A stretch of 63,817 nucleotides of DNA, filler included, from Octopus bimaculoides (GCF_001194135.2; 6 parts of 5 records of this genome joined end to end with filler, not necessarily neighbours in it), one strand, 5' to 3'; shown: positions 25,663-39,466, numbered from the whole stretch's first letter. The notes: generated by a model not told the origin, from the sequence alone. A program made the numbers and translations.

Positions 25663-27519
25663 CATACATACATACATACATACATACATACACGCATATA
25701 TACATACATACATACACGCATATATACATACATACATACATATATACATACATACATACACGCATATATACATACATACATACATACAGATAGATACGCT
25801 ATTTTTTTATTTGAGTTTGCTCTCCAAATACATAAGCTTTTAGTCTTCTATTTCTTAGTTTTGAGACTGCGGTCATGCTGTAGCATTATCTCTTCCCTTT
25901 CTAAACATTGTGATATATGCAAATAACAAGACTACATATATTCAATGAAACTCTGTTATCCTTTTTCTTTGTTCTTTCTCATATATATATATAAAACAAA
26001 CAATAAATGAGTATATGCATATATACGTACAGGTATGTGCATACCTGCGTCTACCTGTATATATAGGTGCATATCTGGGTACAGGACATTGCAAACAAAA
26101 CGTAGACAAGAAAATAATAATAACCAGAGTACAGAAAACACACAAGCCACATAGAGAACAGTTTCCTTCAATATATATATATATAAAGGTACAAAAACGC
26201 AATGGAGGAAAATACACACAGGTACGTACGTATGTATGTATATATGTGTGTTTTTTAGTGTGTGTGCGTGAGAGACAGAGAGAAAGTGTGTGTGTGTGTG
26301 TGTTTCTTTGATACGTTCCTATTTCATTTATTTGAATATAAACGATATTTTTGTGAATCTATTATGAGTTACCTCCCTTATTAAACAGCAAGAGAACAGA
26401 ACTTGTGAGATAACAACACACACACGCTGACCCGACAGGGCGATGTCACTGCAAGGAGACTCCCTTTCAACACAAGCAATCACTTTGTCCTGTTATTGCT
26501 AAACACTTGGCTTTTGGTGTCAGTAGTCGGGTGTTTGCTCCAACGAGGAACAAGCAACCATATCCTCCAAAATTTCACCCTAGCGTCTTATACAAAAAAA
26601 AGAACATATTGACTAGTGTGATTGTAGATGTATAAAAATACAGGATTGCCACAGCCGGAACGCTTTTGATCGTTGACTGATCTGGAGCTAAACAACGCTA
26701 ACAACAGTGTTGACGGCGACACCGCTTATTCTGAGTTACATCCCTTGAAATAGTCTGAGGCTTGTAAGAGTGCTCTCCCCTACAATTCTATCGCCTTAAT
26801 TCTTTCCTGAAAATTATGTTATCAATAAACTATCGATATATTTATCATTAAGATTAGTTTTTCTCAGCAGTTTCTTCTTCGACCACAAAATACTGTGGAC
26901 GAAAGTGGCTCTGTGTGACCGCCAAGTTGCAAAAGGACTTCTTGATTTGACCAGGAAGTTAAAAATGCCTCTAAGCAAAGCAGTGGGTTTCTAAAGCCTG
27001 GCTGACAAACAAGTCACCTTTTTGCACAGGTGGCACACTGAGGCGCGAAATGTTGCAGCAGAGACAGTTGGAAGTCCAAGGCTAAGTTAGTGAAGGACAC
27101 TGGAGCCAAGTTGGACTCTAACTTTACATAGACTAATTAATTATTCTGGTAGACGAGCCGTCGACATCGTAATAAGAAGCCATTAAAAACTCGGCTGAAC
27201 TTCTTTCTCCAAAGAGGAACATTATTGGGAGGGAAAGACGATTTTTTGCTTATCTGAATCCAGTCGTAATAGAATCTTCTGACAGACACATGGTGCATCA
27301 AGGGGCGAAGATTTATTTCTCAGAAACTGAAGTTATAGAAGAGATGACAGCGTTCAAATGGGGCGAGGCCGTTGGAAAGGATGGAATTCGGCCGAAGATG
27401 TTAAACGCCTTAAACAGATATAGAGACATATATATATATACAGACATATATAGAGACATATATATATATACAGACATAGAAACAGTTACACAAACACAGA
27501 CATGTGACCATTCGTAAAG

Positions 27520-28060
27520 GAACTTTGCAGAAGCCAGAAATTTTCCTGTAAACCCAAAACGCTGCGAAACCCTACCCAGCATGTCTTTCAACCCATGGCC
27601 ATATGCTTTTTCGACGTCTACAAAGCACGCGTACACCTCTTCGCAATATTTCTATCGTTTAAGGCTACGAGCTGGCAGATACGTTAACACGCCGAGCGAA
27701 ATGCTTAGCAGTATTTCGTCAGTCTTTACGTTCTGAGTTCAAATTCCGCTGAGGTCGACTTTGCCTATCATCCTTTCGGGGTCGATAAATTAAGTACCAC
27801 TTGCGTACTGGGGGGTCGATCTAATCGACTGGCCCCCTCCCACCAAATTTCGGGCCTTGTGCCTAGAGTAGAGAACAATATTTCTATCGTTTATCGAAGA
27901 CCTGTCATAGAGTGAATATCTGGTTGGTTGTGCCGTGTCCTGAACGGAAGCCACGCAGCTCTTCAACAAGTTTGAGCGCAACACTTTCCCTCCAACACTT
28001 TCCCAGACATCTAGCGTAGACTTTACTGGGGAGGCTCAATAAGGAGGTTCAATAAGGAGA
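27520..28060 (-). mobile_element. RTE RT fragment interrupted by a SINE (27662-27875) with an 18-bp target-site duplication
   Basis: Minus strand reads GFRSGHGTTNQIFTL*QVFDK | YCEEVYACFVDVEKAY; CAATATTTCTATCGTTTA occurs at 27644-27661 and 27876-27893. Confidence 0.85.
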
Positions 28061-29408
28061 TTCCCTGTAAATAAAGCATCGTCTCTAGTTTTTCTCTTTT
28101 AAAAAATAGTGATTACCACCCTGCATCGCCATTGTATGTCATTGTAACTGTATCTACATTATTAAAGACATTTGCGTTGGAAGAGTTCGAATGATTAACA
28201 TCCTCCATATTGATTATCGAGAAAGTCTTTAAAAGCTGAGAAATCATTATTTCTAATCTAATGTGGTTCAATTTCTTGTCTTGAGTCTCATCCTAATCTT
28301 CTTACGTAACATCATTATATTTATCACTCTCACAAAATATCATAATTATATTAATCACCATACAAGATACGACGATATTAATCATTACACGTTATAATTA
28401 CATTAAGAGAAATAATGATAAAAACATTCAGGAGCCGGTGTCGTTGGAAATATTTCCCAAACAGGAAATTATGCCGGTGACATAAGTAAGAAGGTTTTTG
28501 AAATTGGATTCACTCAGAAACACTTTCATTTATTTATAGATACGTCCTCGTCTGTGTTCAAACCATCGTAAAAGATAAGCAACAAACATCACCTAACCAA
28601 ATAATTATTACGTATCAACATGTTTCAGCTTTACGACTAACCGCGAGAGTCTGTTAAAACAGATGAGCTGGAGGGATGTGACTTACAAGGGAGGTCACTC
28701 TATGGTAACATACTTAAAGGAACGAAGGAGGTGTTTAGTGTCTTATATATTAAGAGACAACATATCCGTATGTCAAACGATTACAGTAAATAACAGCATA
28801 CGATTACATAAGAAGAGTATAAGAACAGGAAGCAGAATTAAACACAGATGTTAGCATGAACGGAAACTTGTCATTTGTATTAACATTGATGTTGTTACAT
28901 AACTGGTCATTTATACTGGATCCAGTCTCTCGGCTGAAACACGGCACAGCAGAAGGGAGTGGTTCGAGATTACATTCGTGTCACTAACCAAGATAGCAAC
29001 TTAACTTTTATATTTGAATTAGTGTTACTTCCCAAAATATATTCTAGTTGATGACAGTTCACCATCAACTGATACGTGATCCCAGGTGCAGAAAAATACT
29101 CGTGAGTAAACATTTAGATCTTTGCCCAACAAACAAACACCCCAAATACCAATTTTTCCTTTTATATCAAAGCATCGGGTACGCTTCTGTGTAATTCTGA
29201 TTACATAAGGAAAATATATTCATTAAGAAATACAAACCAAAGCTAAATAATTTATAACAACGCAACAGAATGAGTATATACACTATATTCGGCTCGACTA
29301 AACAATTAACAACAACGAAAATACAGAAAGTCAAAAGTTGAGGTAACGGGTTCGCTCCGAGATTCGAAACTCTGACTTCAAATACTTGTGTAATTACACT
29401 TTTCCGAT

Positions 29409-29529
29409 ATTACTGGCTGATGTCACCCTACGAACTTATCAGATGGCCCCGCGTAATGTTGTAAGTTATTGAGGGAGCGGGACACTCTTTATCCTGTACC
29501 AAATAGGACGAGAATAAAACTGGTGTCAC

Positions 29530-29564
<35 letters not shown>

Positions 29565-29578
29565 CCACACACACACAA

Positions 29579-29600
<22 letters not shown>
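29409..29600 (+). repeat. Near-identical direct repeat of 31352-31539
   Basis: ~190 bp with two visible substitutions, including the same interrupted CA tract. Confidence 0.9.
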
Positions 29601-29625
<25 letters not shown>

Positions 29626-30109
29626 TCCTTCCCACTGACCCGACTGGACGAAAACGTTTCGAGACGCCACTACGACGTTCACTGGTAATGATTTGTCCTG
29701 TCACCGCTCATACTGGGGCATTGGTGTCAATTCCTCGATACGTTCCAGCAAGTAAATAGCAGTTAGATTCTCTGAAATGTTATCATAACGAAAAATTAGC
29801 CAAGGCACTCTTAAGTGTACAAAAAGACGGTATTGCCGCAGCTGGAGCGCTTATGATGATGGCTTTCTTTCAATTATAAATGATCTGCAGCTAAAAAATA
29901 GTCACAGTAGCAACAACAACAACGACGACGACGACCATATATTTTTCCAGTTTGGTAAAAATGCAGCCTTACGTATTAACCGCAATTATCTCCCACAGCA
30001 TTGTCTTGCGCTGTAAGAGTGCTCTCCCCTGCAAACATATAGCTATAGTCTATGCTAAATCAAGTTTTTCTATATCGATATATAATAATAATAATAATAA
30101 TAATAATCC

Positions 30110-30440
30110 TTTCTACTAAAGGTACTCCACATGGAGTGAATTTTTAGGGCTTATAAATCTAATATTTTTTCTATCCTTCTTTAATCCTGGTTCCCATATG
30201 CTGTTCATATCTGCACTTGGTCCGCTTAGGAGGTTGTTGTGTCCTAGCATATGTGATGCTTCTTTTAGTTTTCGTATTTTCCAGTGGTGTTCTCTGTCTA
30301 TTATTTTAACTTCATCCCACAGGGAAAGGTGGTGTCCGCCTTTCCATACATGATCAGCTATACCCGATCTATTTATATCCGTCAAATGTAAATAATGTAC
30401 ATAATGTACATAATTCCTCATCTCTTAAATATAGAACTGT
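30110..30440 (-). mobile_element. PLE 3' end (GIY-YIG C-terminus and pLTR piece); related pieces at 50240-50860 (-) and 53395-53482 (+)
   Basis: RSGIADHVWKGGHHLSLWDEVKIIDREHHWKIRKLKEA; shared GATTTATAAGCCCTAAAATTCACTCCAT and ATAATTCCTCATCTCTTAAATATAGAAC. Confidence 0.85.
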
Positions 30441-30624
30441 AGTGAATAGAAGTTTTGAGTTTGCGTGAAAACAAGAGCATTGCCATTTAAATATCAAGAG
30501 AAAGTCTATATAATTTATGATACGTTATGCGTGTTACTTCATACAATTAGGAAGACAAACTCTGGGCCACAGTATTCCACATAAGGTAGAGACAGGTAAT
30601 AGAAGCTGAGACAAAACTGTTATC

Positions 30625-30877
30625 TCATGTAAAGTTTTTGAGTCCGTCGAAGCCATTCATGCTACATTTTGTGGTGGCCAAACGACATCCAAATGTTATG
30701 GCATCTTCTACAGAAAGTCCCTGGAGCAGAGAGTAAATTGTGCCGGCTGTGAATGTGTCTCCGGCGCCTAATGAATCCTCGGGGCTTGTTAAATTTTCTG
30801 CAGGACTATGGTAAATTACTCCGTTTGAAAGTCGACAGGTGGCGCCCTGTTCGCCCCACGTACATATCAGAGCTTCA
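30625..30877 (-). CDS. KHK: Ketohexokinase-like PfkB carbohydrate kinase, terminal coding exon (upstream exons not found)
   Basis: ttctttcAG acceptor (phase 2), then EALICTWGEQGATCRLSNGVIYHSPAENLTSPEDSLGAGDTFTAGTIYSLLQGLSVEDAITFGCRLATTKCSMNGFDGLKNFT-stop. Contains the PfkB DxxGAGD signature and the KHK-like FGC..A..KC...GFDG ending. Confidence 0.88.
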
Positions 30878-30934
30878 CTGAAAGAACATTAAAATTCAAT
30901 GTTAATTGAATATTAAATCTATGTTATGTCTTGA

Positions 30935-31218
30935 GAGGGTCATTACGCCAATAATTATAACACACGCACTGGTTCAATATCACTTCTTTATTGTTAGTCA
31001 GTTGGTTAAATATCTCAGAACAGACTTTGAAGAGAGAGGACAAGTCACTGAGAAGGTCGCGAATAGCGACGAAAGGACTTTGACTAACAAACAACCGATT
31101 GATCTTTTTAGTCAACACATTAAATAAATGATTGATCAGTTAGTTGGTTAAATTTAACTAACAATAAAGTGGGATTGAATCAGTGCGTGTGCTACTATTA
31201 TTGGCATGATGACCCTCC
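30935..31218. mobile_element. PLE-type fragment: ~70-bp inverted arms (30935-31005 / 31155-31218) around a degenerate hammerhead motif (31043-31085, +)
   Basis: AGTCA-CTGA-GAAG-GTCGC-GAATA-GCGAC-GAAA-GGACTT-TGACT; a more decayed copy of the family lies at ~20760-20925. Confidence 0.55.
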
Positions 31219-31472
31219 CAAAGATTAGTTTCAACACACGAATCCTCAACAAGAATCTTGCTAAGCAAATACAAAAATGAAATAAATCTATGTTAATTAA
31301 TTGGTTAGTGGATATTAAATGAATGCTAGTAAAGAAACTAGCTAATATGTAATTACTGGCTGATGTCACCCTACGAACTAATCAGATGGCCCCGCGTAAT
31401 GTTGTAAGTTATTGAGGGAGTGGGACACTCTTTATCCTGTACCAAATAGGACGAGAATAAAACTGGTGTCAC

Positions 31473-31507
<35 letters not shown>

Positions 31508-31784
31508 CCACACACACACAAATACACACACACACACACNNNNNNNNNNNNNNNNNNNNNNNNNNNNNNNNNNNNNNNNNNNNTTAATTAATTAANNNNN
31601 NNNNNNNNNNNNNNNNNNNNNNNNNNNNNNNNNNNNNNNGTATGTATGTATGTATGTATTTATATATATATATACATATATATGCAGGCATGTATATATT
31701 TATGCATATATATATGTACGTTTATATATATACGTATTGCATATAACTAGCTAACTATATATGTGTGTGTGTTTGTGTGTGTGT

Positions 31785-31827
<43 letters not shown>

Positions 31828-33861
31828 TATGTATGTATGTATGTATTTATATGTATTAATAACTTTCTGAGTGTGGAGGAAGGGACAAGATTCATGATGT
31901 TTGCGGCAGCTTCTGAGACCGTTGAGCCTGATATCGCTGATTCTCAATTTAATCTGCAGCAAGGCAACACATGCATGAAATCTAGGGATGGCAAGTATTC
32001 CTGAGGGAGGCGAGAATTGGCGAAACAAGTCTGTTGGGAATGCCTAACCTGACTATTAGCCACCACATCATACTAAAGCCGAATGTCATCGATACCTGTT
32101 GGCTACGTCCGCTAGAGAATGAAAAAATAATTTCACAACGGGACACACTCATTTTAGAAAAAGGCTTTAGTTTTGCAAAAGCTGTCACTGGTCCCAGGAA
32201 TGATGAGCAGTATGTTAATATCTTATCGACACTAAAATATTAAACTAAAATATCTAACCCAATTAAGATAGTTTTTCTGAAAAAAGCTTTTATCAGCAAA
32301 AGTGGCGATCAACCAAACCCATACATCACTTAGAGTGTTACCAAATAAAATGAACGCGCATGCCACTGAGGTCGAGTTTGCCTTTTATCCTTTAGGGGTC
32401 GATAAAATTGAACACTGCGTTCGATGTAATTGACTAACCCCCTTCCCCGACCTTGCTGACCTTGTGCCAAAATTTCAAGCCTTTATCATGAATACGCATG
32501 AATTGTTTTAATAATTGTAGATACAAACCAATCAGCATGCTGCTAGAGATAGCAGCCATGTCTCCACGAATCATGATTCTGTTTTTGTTTCATCCATATT
32601 GCATCATTTTTAAAAAGATTTGAAGGAGTCGTAACTTCTGTTTCTAATTATGTACGTAATGGCACTCCCATTAGCTGGTATAAACAATTATTAAATTTCT
32701 TCAAGCCTTACTCTTACTTCCTTTTAAAAAGTACATACAAAAACATATTGCATAATGTAGTAATAGATACATTATGGCTGCCAAAAAGACAGGGAGGTCA
32801 CGGTTATAGTGTCTTTAAATCATGACTGATATGGGATTCGACAGCAGCAGCAATAGTAAGTTTCAAGTATTGACTCGGCCTTCTCAGTCATTATATTAAA
32901 TGCCGTGCAGAGATGATGTTATCAGTGCAACATCCATATCAATCGTACCAACGCTAGCACTACGTCAATACAAGATTCACAATATCAAAGAGCACCGTCT
33001 CCGCCACATAAACTCCAAGAAGCCTCTAAGTGGTCAGACACCCTGGTAGAAAAAGCAGTCAAATTTCCTACATAGCATACACACCATACCGTCTTAAGTG
33101 AGGGGAAACCACATTAGTTATTGTCTTACGTAGCCATGAAGAAACGTTGGAACGCTTACGAATTATCGGTCTTCTTGATCAAGGCTGACCAGTGGCTAAA
33201 CACCAGCACGAACAACAAAAATACCAACACCTTTACCACAACTATAAGAATCATGATTAACACTGCCACCACCAACACCAGCACCAACGCCAATGCCAAA
33301 ACCAACATCAACGTCAGCACTAACACAAAGAAATACCACAAAACCAAATCGTGTTCAATGTAAGTTTCGATAAATATTCAACACAAGTGAAATGATGACA
33401 TATTTATCATTATATATTGTCATATTTATAATTGTTCTATATGCCTGTTTCCAATCTGTCCGGACGGCTATTGAGACGTTGATATGAATAGCTCAGGTCA
33501 AGACAGAGGGGATGGCGAGGTTGTTAGCGAGAAAACGGTGATAGCATGAGATGGTAGTAGCTGTAGTGATTGGGTGCCTGGGGGCGAAGGCGAGGATGGC
33601 AGAGAACGAGAAACGAGAAAGAAGAAACTGAATCTTACGCGCACGCACATTTGCGAAATGAAGGTATTAGTGAGATGAAATAAATATTGCGTGGAATGAG
33701 TGAGGAAGAAATAGAAACAATGATCGGACATAGAAATAGGAAGAAGGAAACTAATAAACATTCCAGAGTAATTTAATGCATTAAGCATCTACACACAAAC
33801 CCACACACACATAAACACATAAACACACACGAGGCTTGCACGTCACAAATACATAGATATT

Positions 33862-33893
<32 letters not shown>

Positions 33894-33961
33894 TGTATGT
33901 ATGTATGTGTGTGTGTATGGATGTATGGATGTATGGATGTATGTATGTATGTATGCGTGTG

Positions 33962-34032
<71 letters not shown>

Positions 34033-34164
34033 TTACGCACACTCATACATCTGCTCGACGTGAATGTATATTTGTTTGTTACCTTTTGTCATAATTTCAA
34101 TGTCATATTGTACGTATGTGTCCACGCATGCATGTGTACGCATATGTTTCTATGTATGGTCATC

Positions 34165-34200
<36 letters not shown>

Positions 34201-34422
34201 ATAGGTGTATAGAGAGAACTAGATAGATATGGACATGTAAATAGACATATATGTGTAGGTGTATATTCATGTGTGTGTGTGTGTGTGTGCGTGCATTAGT
34301 GTATAAGATGTATGTATATGTATTAAGTGTTCCTTTTACAATTTACTTCGTACCTTTACGCATTGTTCCTGACTTACACAATAAATCTCTTTAATATTTG
34401 TGTATGTATGTGTGTTTGTATG

Positions 34423-34813
34423 TTGTTGTTGTTGGCACTTCGTCGCATACGACGTCGAGGGTTCCAGTTGATCCAATCAACGGAACAGCCTGCTCATGAA
34501 ATTAACGTGCAAGTGGCTGAGCACTCCACAGACACGTGTACCCTTAACGTAGTTCTCGGGGATATTCAGCGTGACACAGTGTGACAAGGCTGACCCTTTG
34601 AATTACAGGCACAACAGAAACAGGAAATAAGAGTGAGGGAAAGCTGTGGTTAAAGAGTACAGCAGGGTTCGCCACCATCCCCTGCCGGAGCCTTGTGGAG
34701 CTTTAGGTGTTTTCTCTCTCAATAAACACTCACAACGCCCGGTCTGGGAATCGAAACCGCGATCCTATGACCGCGAATCCGCTGCCCTAACCACTGGGCC
34801 ATTGCGCCTCCAC
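34423..34813 (-). mobile_element. tRNA-derived SINE, fourth family
   Basis: Reverse-complement head GTGGAGGCGCAATGGCCCAGTGGTTAGGGCAGCGGATTCGCGGTCATAGGATCGCGGTTTCGATTCCC (A and B boxes); (CAA)n tail. Confidence 0.8.
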
Positions 34814-35811
34814 GTTTGTATGTATATATATGTATATGTGTCTAAATGTATGTGTGGACGCGTCTAAAGACTATCATTCCATAGAAGTTCACGGCACTGA
34901 CATTATTGGTTGTAAAGAAAATATCGACAGATGCCGAAATGACTTTGATAACCAACGAAGGCAGACGAAGGGAACTTCGTCTTTGTGTTGGCTCCTCTCG
35001 TGTTTTCCTTATTTCAGTACATTTTTACGTTATCCTCATTGTCTTCCCACTTCATTCCTATTCTGTTTTTGTTTTTATCTTGCGTATTCCATTGTTACAT
35101 AACTATTAGCTTTGCCTTAAAATGGTTATTAGTGTAGTGTTCGTATTCTATTCTACCTTTACTAGGGGATACCCAAAAGTAACCGGAAACGTCCTCTGCG
35201 TGACTAAGTCTCCAATATTTTTCGGTTTTACCCTCTTTTCTACACCTTCCATGGTGGTTTATGCTACTGATACTGCAGGGAAAAGTGATGCTATGGCCAG
35301 TTCTTGATCTCATTGATCACTAACAAATAGCTAAAGAAGAGATCTCATTGATCTCTAGCAAAGAGTAAGGACGGGAATCATTTCTATTTTTCTTTTAGTT
35401 TGTTTCTTCTTTTTCTTTTTTTTTTTATTTTTGCTTTACATCCTACTTTTTTTACTCTACATTTTCACTCCTTATTTTATGGCTTTTCCCCATAGAGATA
35501 TATGTAAATATATGTAAACTAGGTTGAATGTGTGCGTGTGTGTGTGTGTGTTTCGTGCCTTGGGCAAGTGTCTTCGACCAAAGCCTTTTTGAGTGTATTT
35601 TGTAGGGAAAACTAGAAGCCCGTCGTATGTGTGTATGTATGTGTGCATGTGTGTGTGTGTGTGTGTGCGTGTGTGTCTTTGAGTCTCTGTTTCTCCCCTA
35701 CTAGCACCAATAGCCGGTGCTGGTATGTTTACATCCCCGTATTCTAGCGATTCAGCAAACTCCAGCGATAGAATAAGTACTAGCTTTTACAAAATAAGTA
35801 CTAGGACTGAA

Positions 35812-36072
35812 AAAGTGTTGAGGTTTACATATAATGATGAAATCATGAAAGAAAAATTAACAGCACACGGTATACGCTGAAAAAGAAGAGACATATGCAT
35901 AGCATACAAAGTTAAAAAAAAAAAAAAATGGCGGGAGAATGATAAAGATGTGGCCCTCCTGATACAGGAAGGCCTCTAGGGATAACCGAGGAACCCCATA
36001 GTCCGAAATTTCCCTTTTCAAGTGAAACTTGAAAAGTCAATGAGAGCTCTACTAAAGATGAATGTATCTGTG
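35812..36072 (-). repeat. ~99% identical inverted copy of the Tx1-like 3' end at 43066-43327
   Basis: Direct comparison shows 2 substitutions and a 1-nt homopolymer difference over ~261 bp. Confidence 0.92.
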
Positions 36073-36149
36073 AGGCAAGCCCGTTGTAGTTCAAATTCAC
36101 GTCGCAAGCCCGTTGTAGTTCAAATTCACGTCGCTAGCACCCACTTGGT

Positions 36150-36395
36150 GCGACCCTCGGGCATCAGTCTGCCGAGCGGCGATGTCCCTTGTTCGTCGAT
36201 TTTTGCGATGGTTGAAACCATCTGCTTCGAACAGATTACAAGGACACTGCCATGAGCAAAACAAGTTTATGAGTGGTTTTCACACATTAGGAATGGTCAC
36301 TCGTCGCTTGAAGACCTACCTCGTTCAGGGAGACTGTCCACCTCCCGAACGAATGAAAACATCACGAAAGTTCATGTCCTGATCTTGGAGAACCC
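36150..36395 (+). mobile_element. Mariner transposase N-terminal remnant
   Basis: Frameshifted MSKT.VYEWF..RNGHSSLEDLPRSGRLSTSRTNENITKVHVLILEN (HTH and R.GRP-like motif). Confidence 0.8.
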
Positions 36396-38740
36396 TCTCA
36401 CATTCCATACAATCTTGCTATTTCCACTTTCAATTTGGAGTACTTGGAGATTTTTTCAACCTCTATACTCACGACACTTATGTCATTTGGTATGGCTACA
36501 TCAATAATCTGACAGTATTTATCTCTCTCATTCAATATGACAATATCCGGCCGACTGTGTTCGATTACACGATCCGTCTGAAAATCATAGTCCCGGAATT
36601 ACTTCTCCATCCTCCTGCATAACTTTACTTGGAGCATGCTCATACCAATTCTCTGTTACTTCATATTGGTATTTACGGCATAAGAAGCAATGGAGATACA
36701 CACACACACTTTATCGTGGCAGCACTTGTATTCTTTTTGTGCAAGGCTCTCACACCCACTTACTAAGTGGGTCACATTTCCCACACTCTTTCCACAGAGT
36801 CTGCATTTATGGGTGTCAGACGTTTTATAGATGTTATTCTTCACTGAATTGGTAGCGAGAGCCTGTTCTTGTGCAGCAATGATCAGGCTTTCGGTGGTAC
36901 GCGTCAAATCACCTCACTGAAGCCATGCCCCCGATGCTGCATTATCCTTAACGTCTTGTGTGCTCCTTTCAAATTGTCCATGCATTCTAATTTCAGGAAG
37001 TTCCTTTTTTAGCTCTTTGGTTAAACTCTTCCTTGCCCATTATTTCATCTGCATTTACACCCATATCTTTCGTGGCATATTGCCGCAGGCCTTCATCACT
37101 ATTCATCAAATACCCGGCAAGGGTTCTCCTTTCCCTCCTTATACAATGGTCTACACTAATTAGTCCTTTGCCACCATTCTTCCTTTTCATATACAGTCTG
37201 TTTACGTTTGCTTTAGGGTGTAGCGCCCCATGCAGCGACTTCAACTTTCTCGTCCTTCTTTCCAGTGTTGATATTTCCTCCTTAGTCCATTTAAGGCTGA
37301 ACGCACTATACATGACCACCGCAACTGCCCAGATATTCATTGCAGTAATCAATTTTTTGGCATTCAGGTTGGATTTCAACACCATCTTCACCCTACGTTG
37401 ATACGCCTCGCTGACCTTAACTTTCATTTCTCTGCGTAGAATGTCATCCAGCTCCAAAATCCTTAAATATCTACACCCACTACCGTCGGGTTTCACCCAT
37501 TGTCTCTCCGGATGGTAACCGCAATCCTCTACAGGCTGCTTTCTTCCCTCTTTTCATATTAAGTACTGAGCATTTGGTAATCCCAAATTCCATACCGATG
37601 TCCCTATCACACTTTTGGACTGTTTTGGTTACGGAATCTATCTGTTTTTCAGATTTCTCAAACAATTTCATGTCATCCATAAAAAGATGGTTCAATGATG
37701 GGCCTTTCTTTCCACATCGGTAACCCATCTTCACTTTCCTAAGTGTCATTGTTATGTGCAATTATAAACAGTAACGGAGAAAACGAGTCAACTTGGAAGA
37801 TTCCCCTTTTAATATTAACATCTCCATACTTGAGTACAATTTGGTTTCTCACTTTTTCATGCTATGCATCAGAAAATTTGTGAGTGTTGTCAGCGATACC
37901 AAACATCTGCAGGCATGCAACGATCCAAGAATGAGGCATCATGTCATATGCCTTATCAAAGTCAATCCAAGCCATAGACATGTTCGTATGATGTTTTTTA
38001 CAATGCCTCAAGACTGTTTTAGCCATGACCAGGTGATCCTTGGTACCCTGAAAACTCTTCCTACATCCTTTTTGTTCCCTTGGTAGTATTTCTTCCTGTG
38101 CCAGGAAAGTGTATCTTCCAAATTACGTTTAGGCAGGTTATACAGGGACTGTAGATTCACACAATTTCCACTTTCTTCTATCTTTCATTACAAGTTTTGT
38201 CCTCCCAGTAACCATCCACGTGGAGACTGTACTTTTGTGGACACACTCATTCAACTGGGCTGCTAGTCTTTCATGCACCACGTGGCATCTCTTCAACCAG
38301 AAGCCATGAATCTCATCTGGTCTGGTGGCTTTCCATTTAGGCGCTTTACTCACTTGTTCTTTCACATCACCCGTGCTTATGACAATATTCCTTTGTTTCT
38401 TTCCTCCTTGTAATTCTGTCTTGATAGTTCCTATCCACATTACATCCTTTTATGCACCACATTGATTCGCCATAATCCGCTCCAGAACTCCTTGGCTTGA
38501 TTTATATCAGGAGCAACATTTCTCCCATTGTCTCCTAACGTTCGGAAGAATTCCATCGGGTTACTTTTGAACAATCTGTTCTCCTCAAACGGCTTATTTC
38601 TGTTCACAAATCTTCTGATCTTCTGGCTTTTTGCCATGATGCTCTGTCTTAACTGCTCTATTACTGTATCAAACCTGTTCTTCCGTATTTTATATTTCTT
38701 CTCTAATTTTTCTCGATCGGTCTTTTTCCCGTTTTTCCAG
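36395..38740 (-). mobile_element. Decayed R4/Dong-like non-LTR retrotransposon (RT, CCHC, restriction-like endonuclease)
   Basis: WKATRPDEIHGFWLK, AWIDFDKAYD, LNHLFMDDMKLF, HPKANVNRLY..R..GG.GL, CRLCGKSVGNVTHLVSGC, RPDIVI..IIDVAIP; 5' side abuts (ATT)n at 38742-38810. Confidence 0.9.
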
Positions 38741-38755
38741 TTATTATTATTATTA

Positions 38756-38810
<55 letters not shown>

Positions 38811-39416
38811 TGAGTGAGTGAGTGAATGAGCGAGCGAGTGAGTGAGTGAATGAGTGAGTGAATGAGTGAGTGAGTGAGTGACTGACTGACTGAGTGACTG
38901 ACTGAGAGACTGAGTGAGTGAGTGACTGAGTGAGTGGATGAGTGAGCAGCGCATGCTATCAAAGAAAGACTAGAGTACAAATATACGAAGTCCAGTATAC
39001 CCATCATGACTACCCGTCTGATTAGGGTACACCAGGCACATGCATCACAACCATATGCGCGCGACAAGGTAATCTCATATCAGGATAACCAACGCATGAC
39101 CTTGCAGGTAGAGCCCAATTAGAATTTTTTTCAGGTCGAGTAGCCCGTTCCCCTTAAAAGGTCCCTGAATAAGAGTTGTTTAAGGATGTTGAACGAAACA
39201 CCCATGTTTACAGAGTTGAATTATTTAAATCCCAAAGAACTCCTCTCAACACATAACTATGGTGCTCCCCCACTACTTCTGCTCATGATCAGAGATGCAC
39301 ACATCGTTAGCCACCAAGGGACATGCCGAACTGGTTAAAGTCAAACAACTGACAGGCAAATCTGTGGTATAGAGCAGAATATTTGCTGTAACGCATTTTA
39401 TATATTATTATTATTG

Positions 39417-39466
<50 letters not shown>

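Noticed and set aside
25293-25926. MYVCMY/HTHT/IIII/YYYY/LSLS-type ORFs throughout the window
   Set aside because: Translations of microsatellites.
31982-32188. Possible KHK internal exon (ctctAG|cGGACGT, 'GRSQQV')
   Set aside because: No similarity to the KHK sequence expected after GR, the phase does not fit, and it lies across a scaffold spacer.
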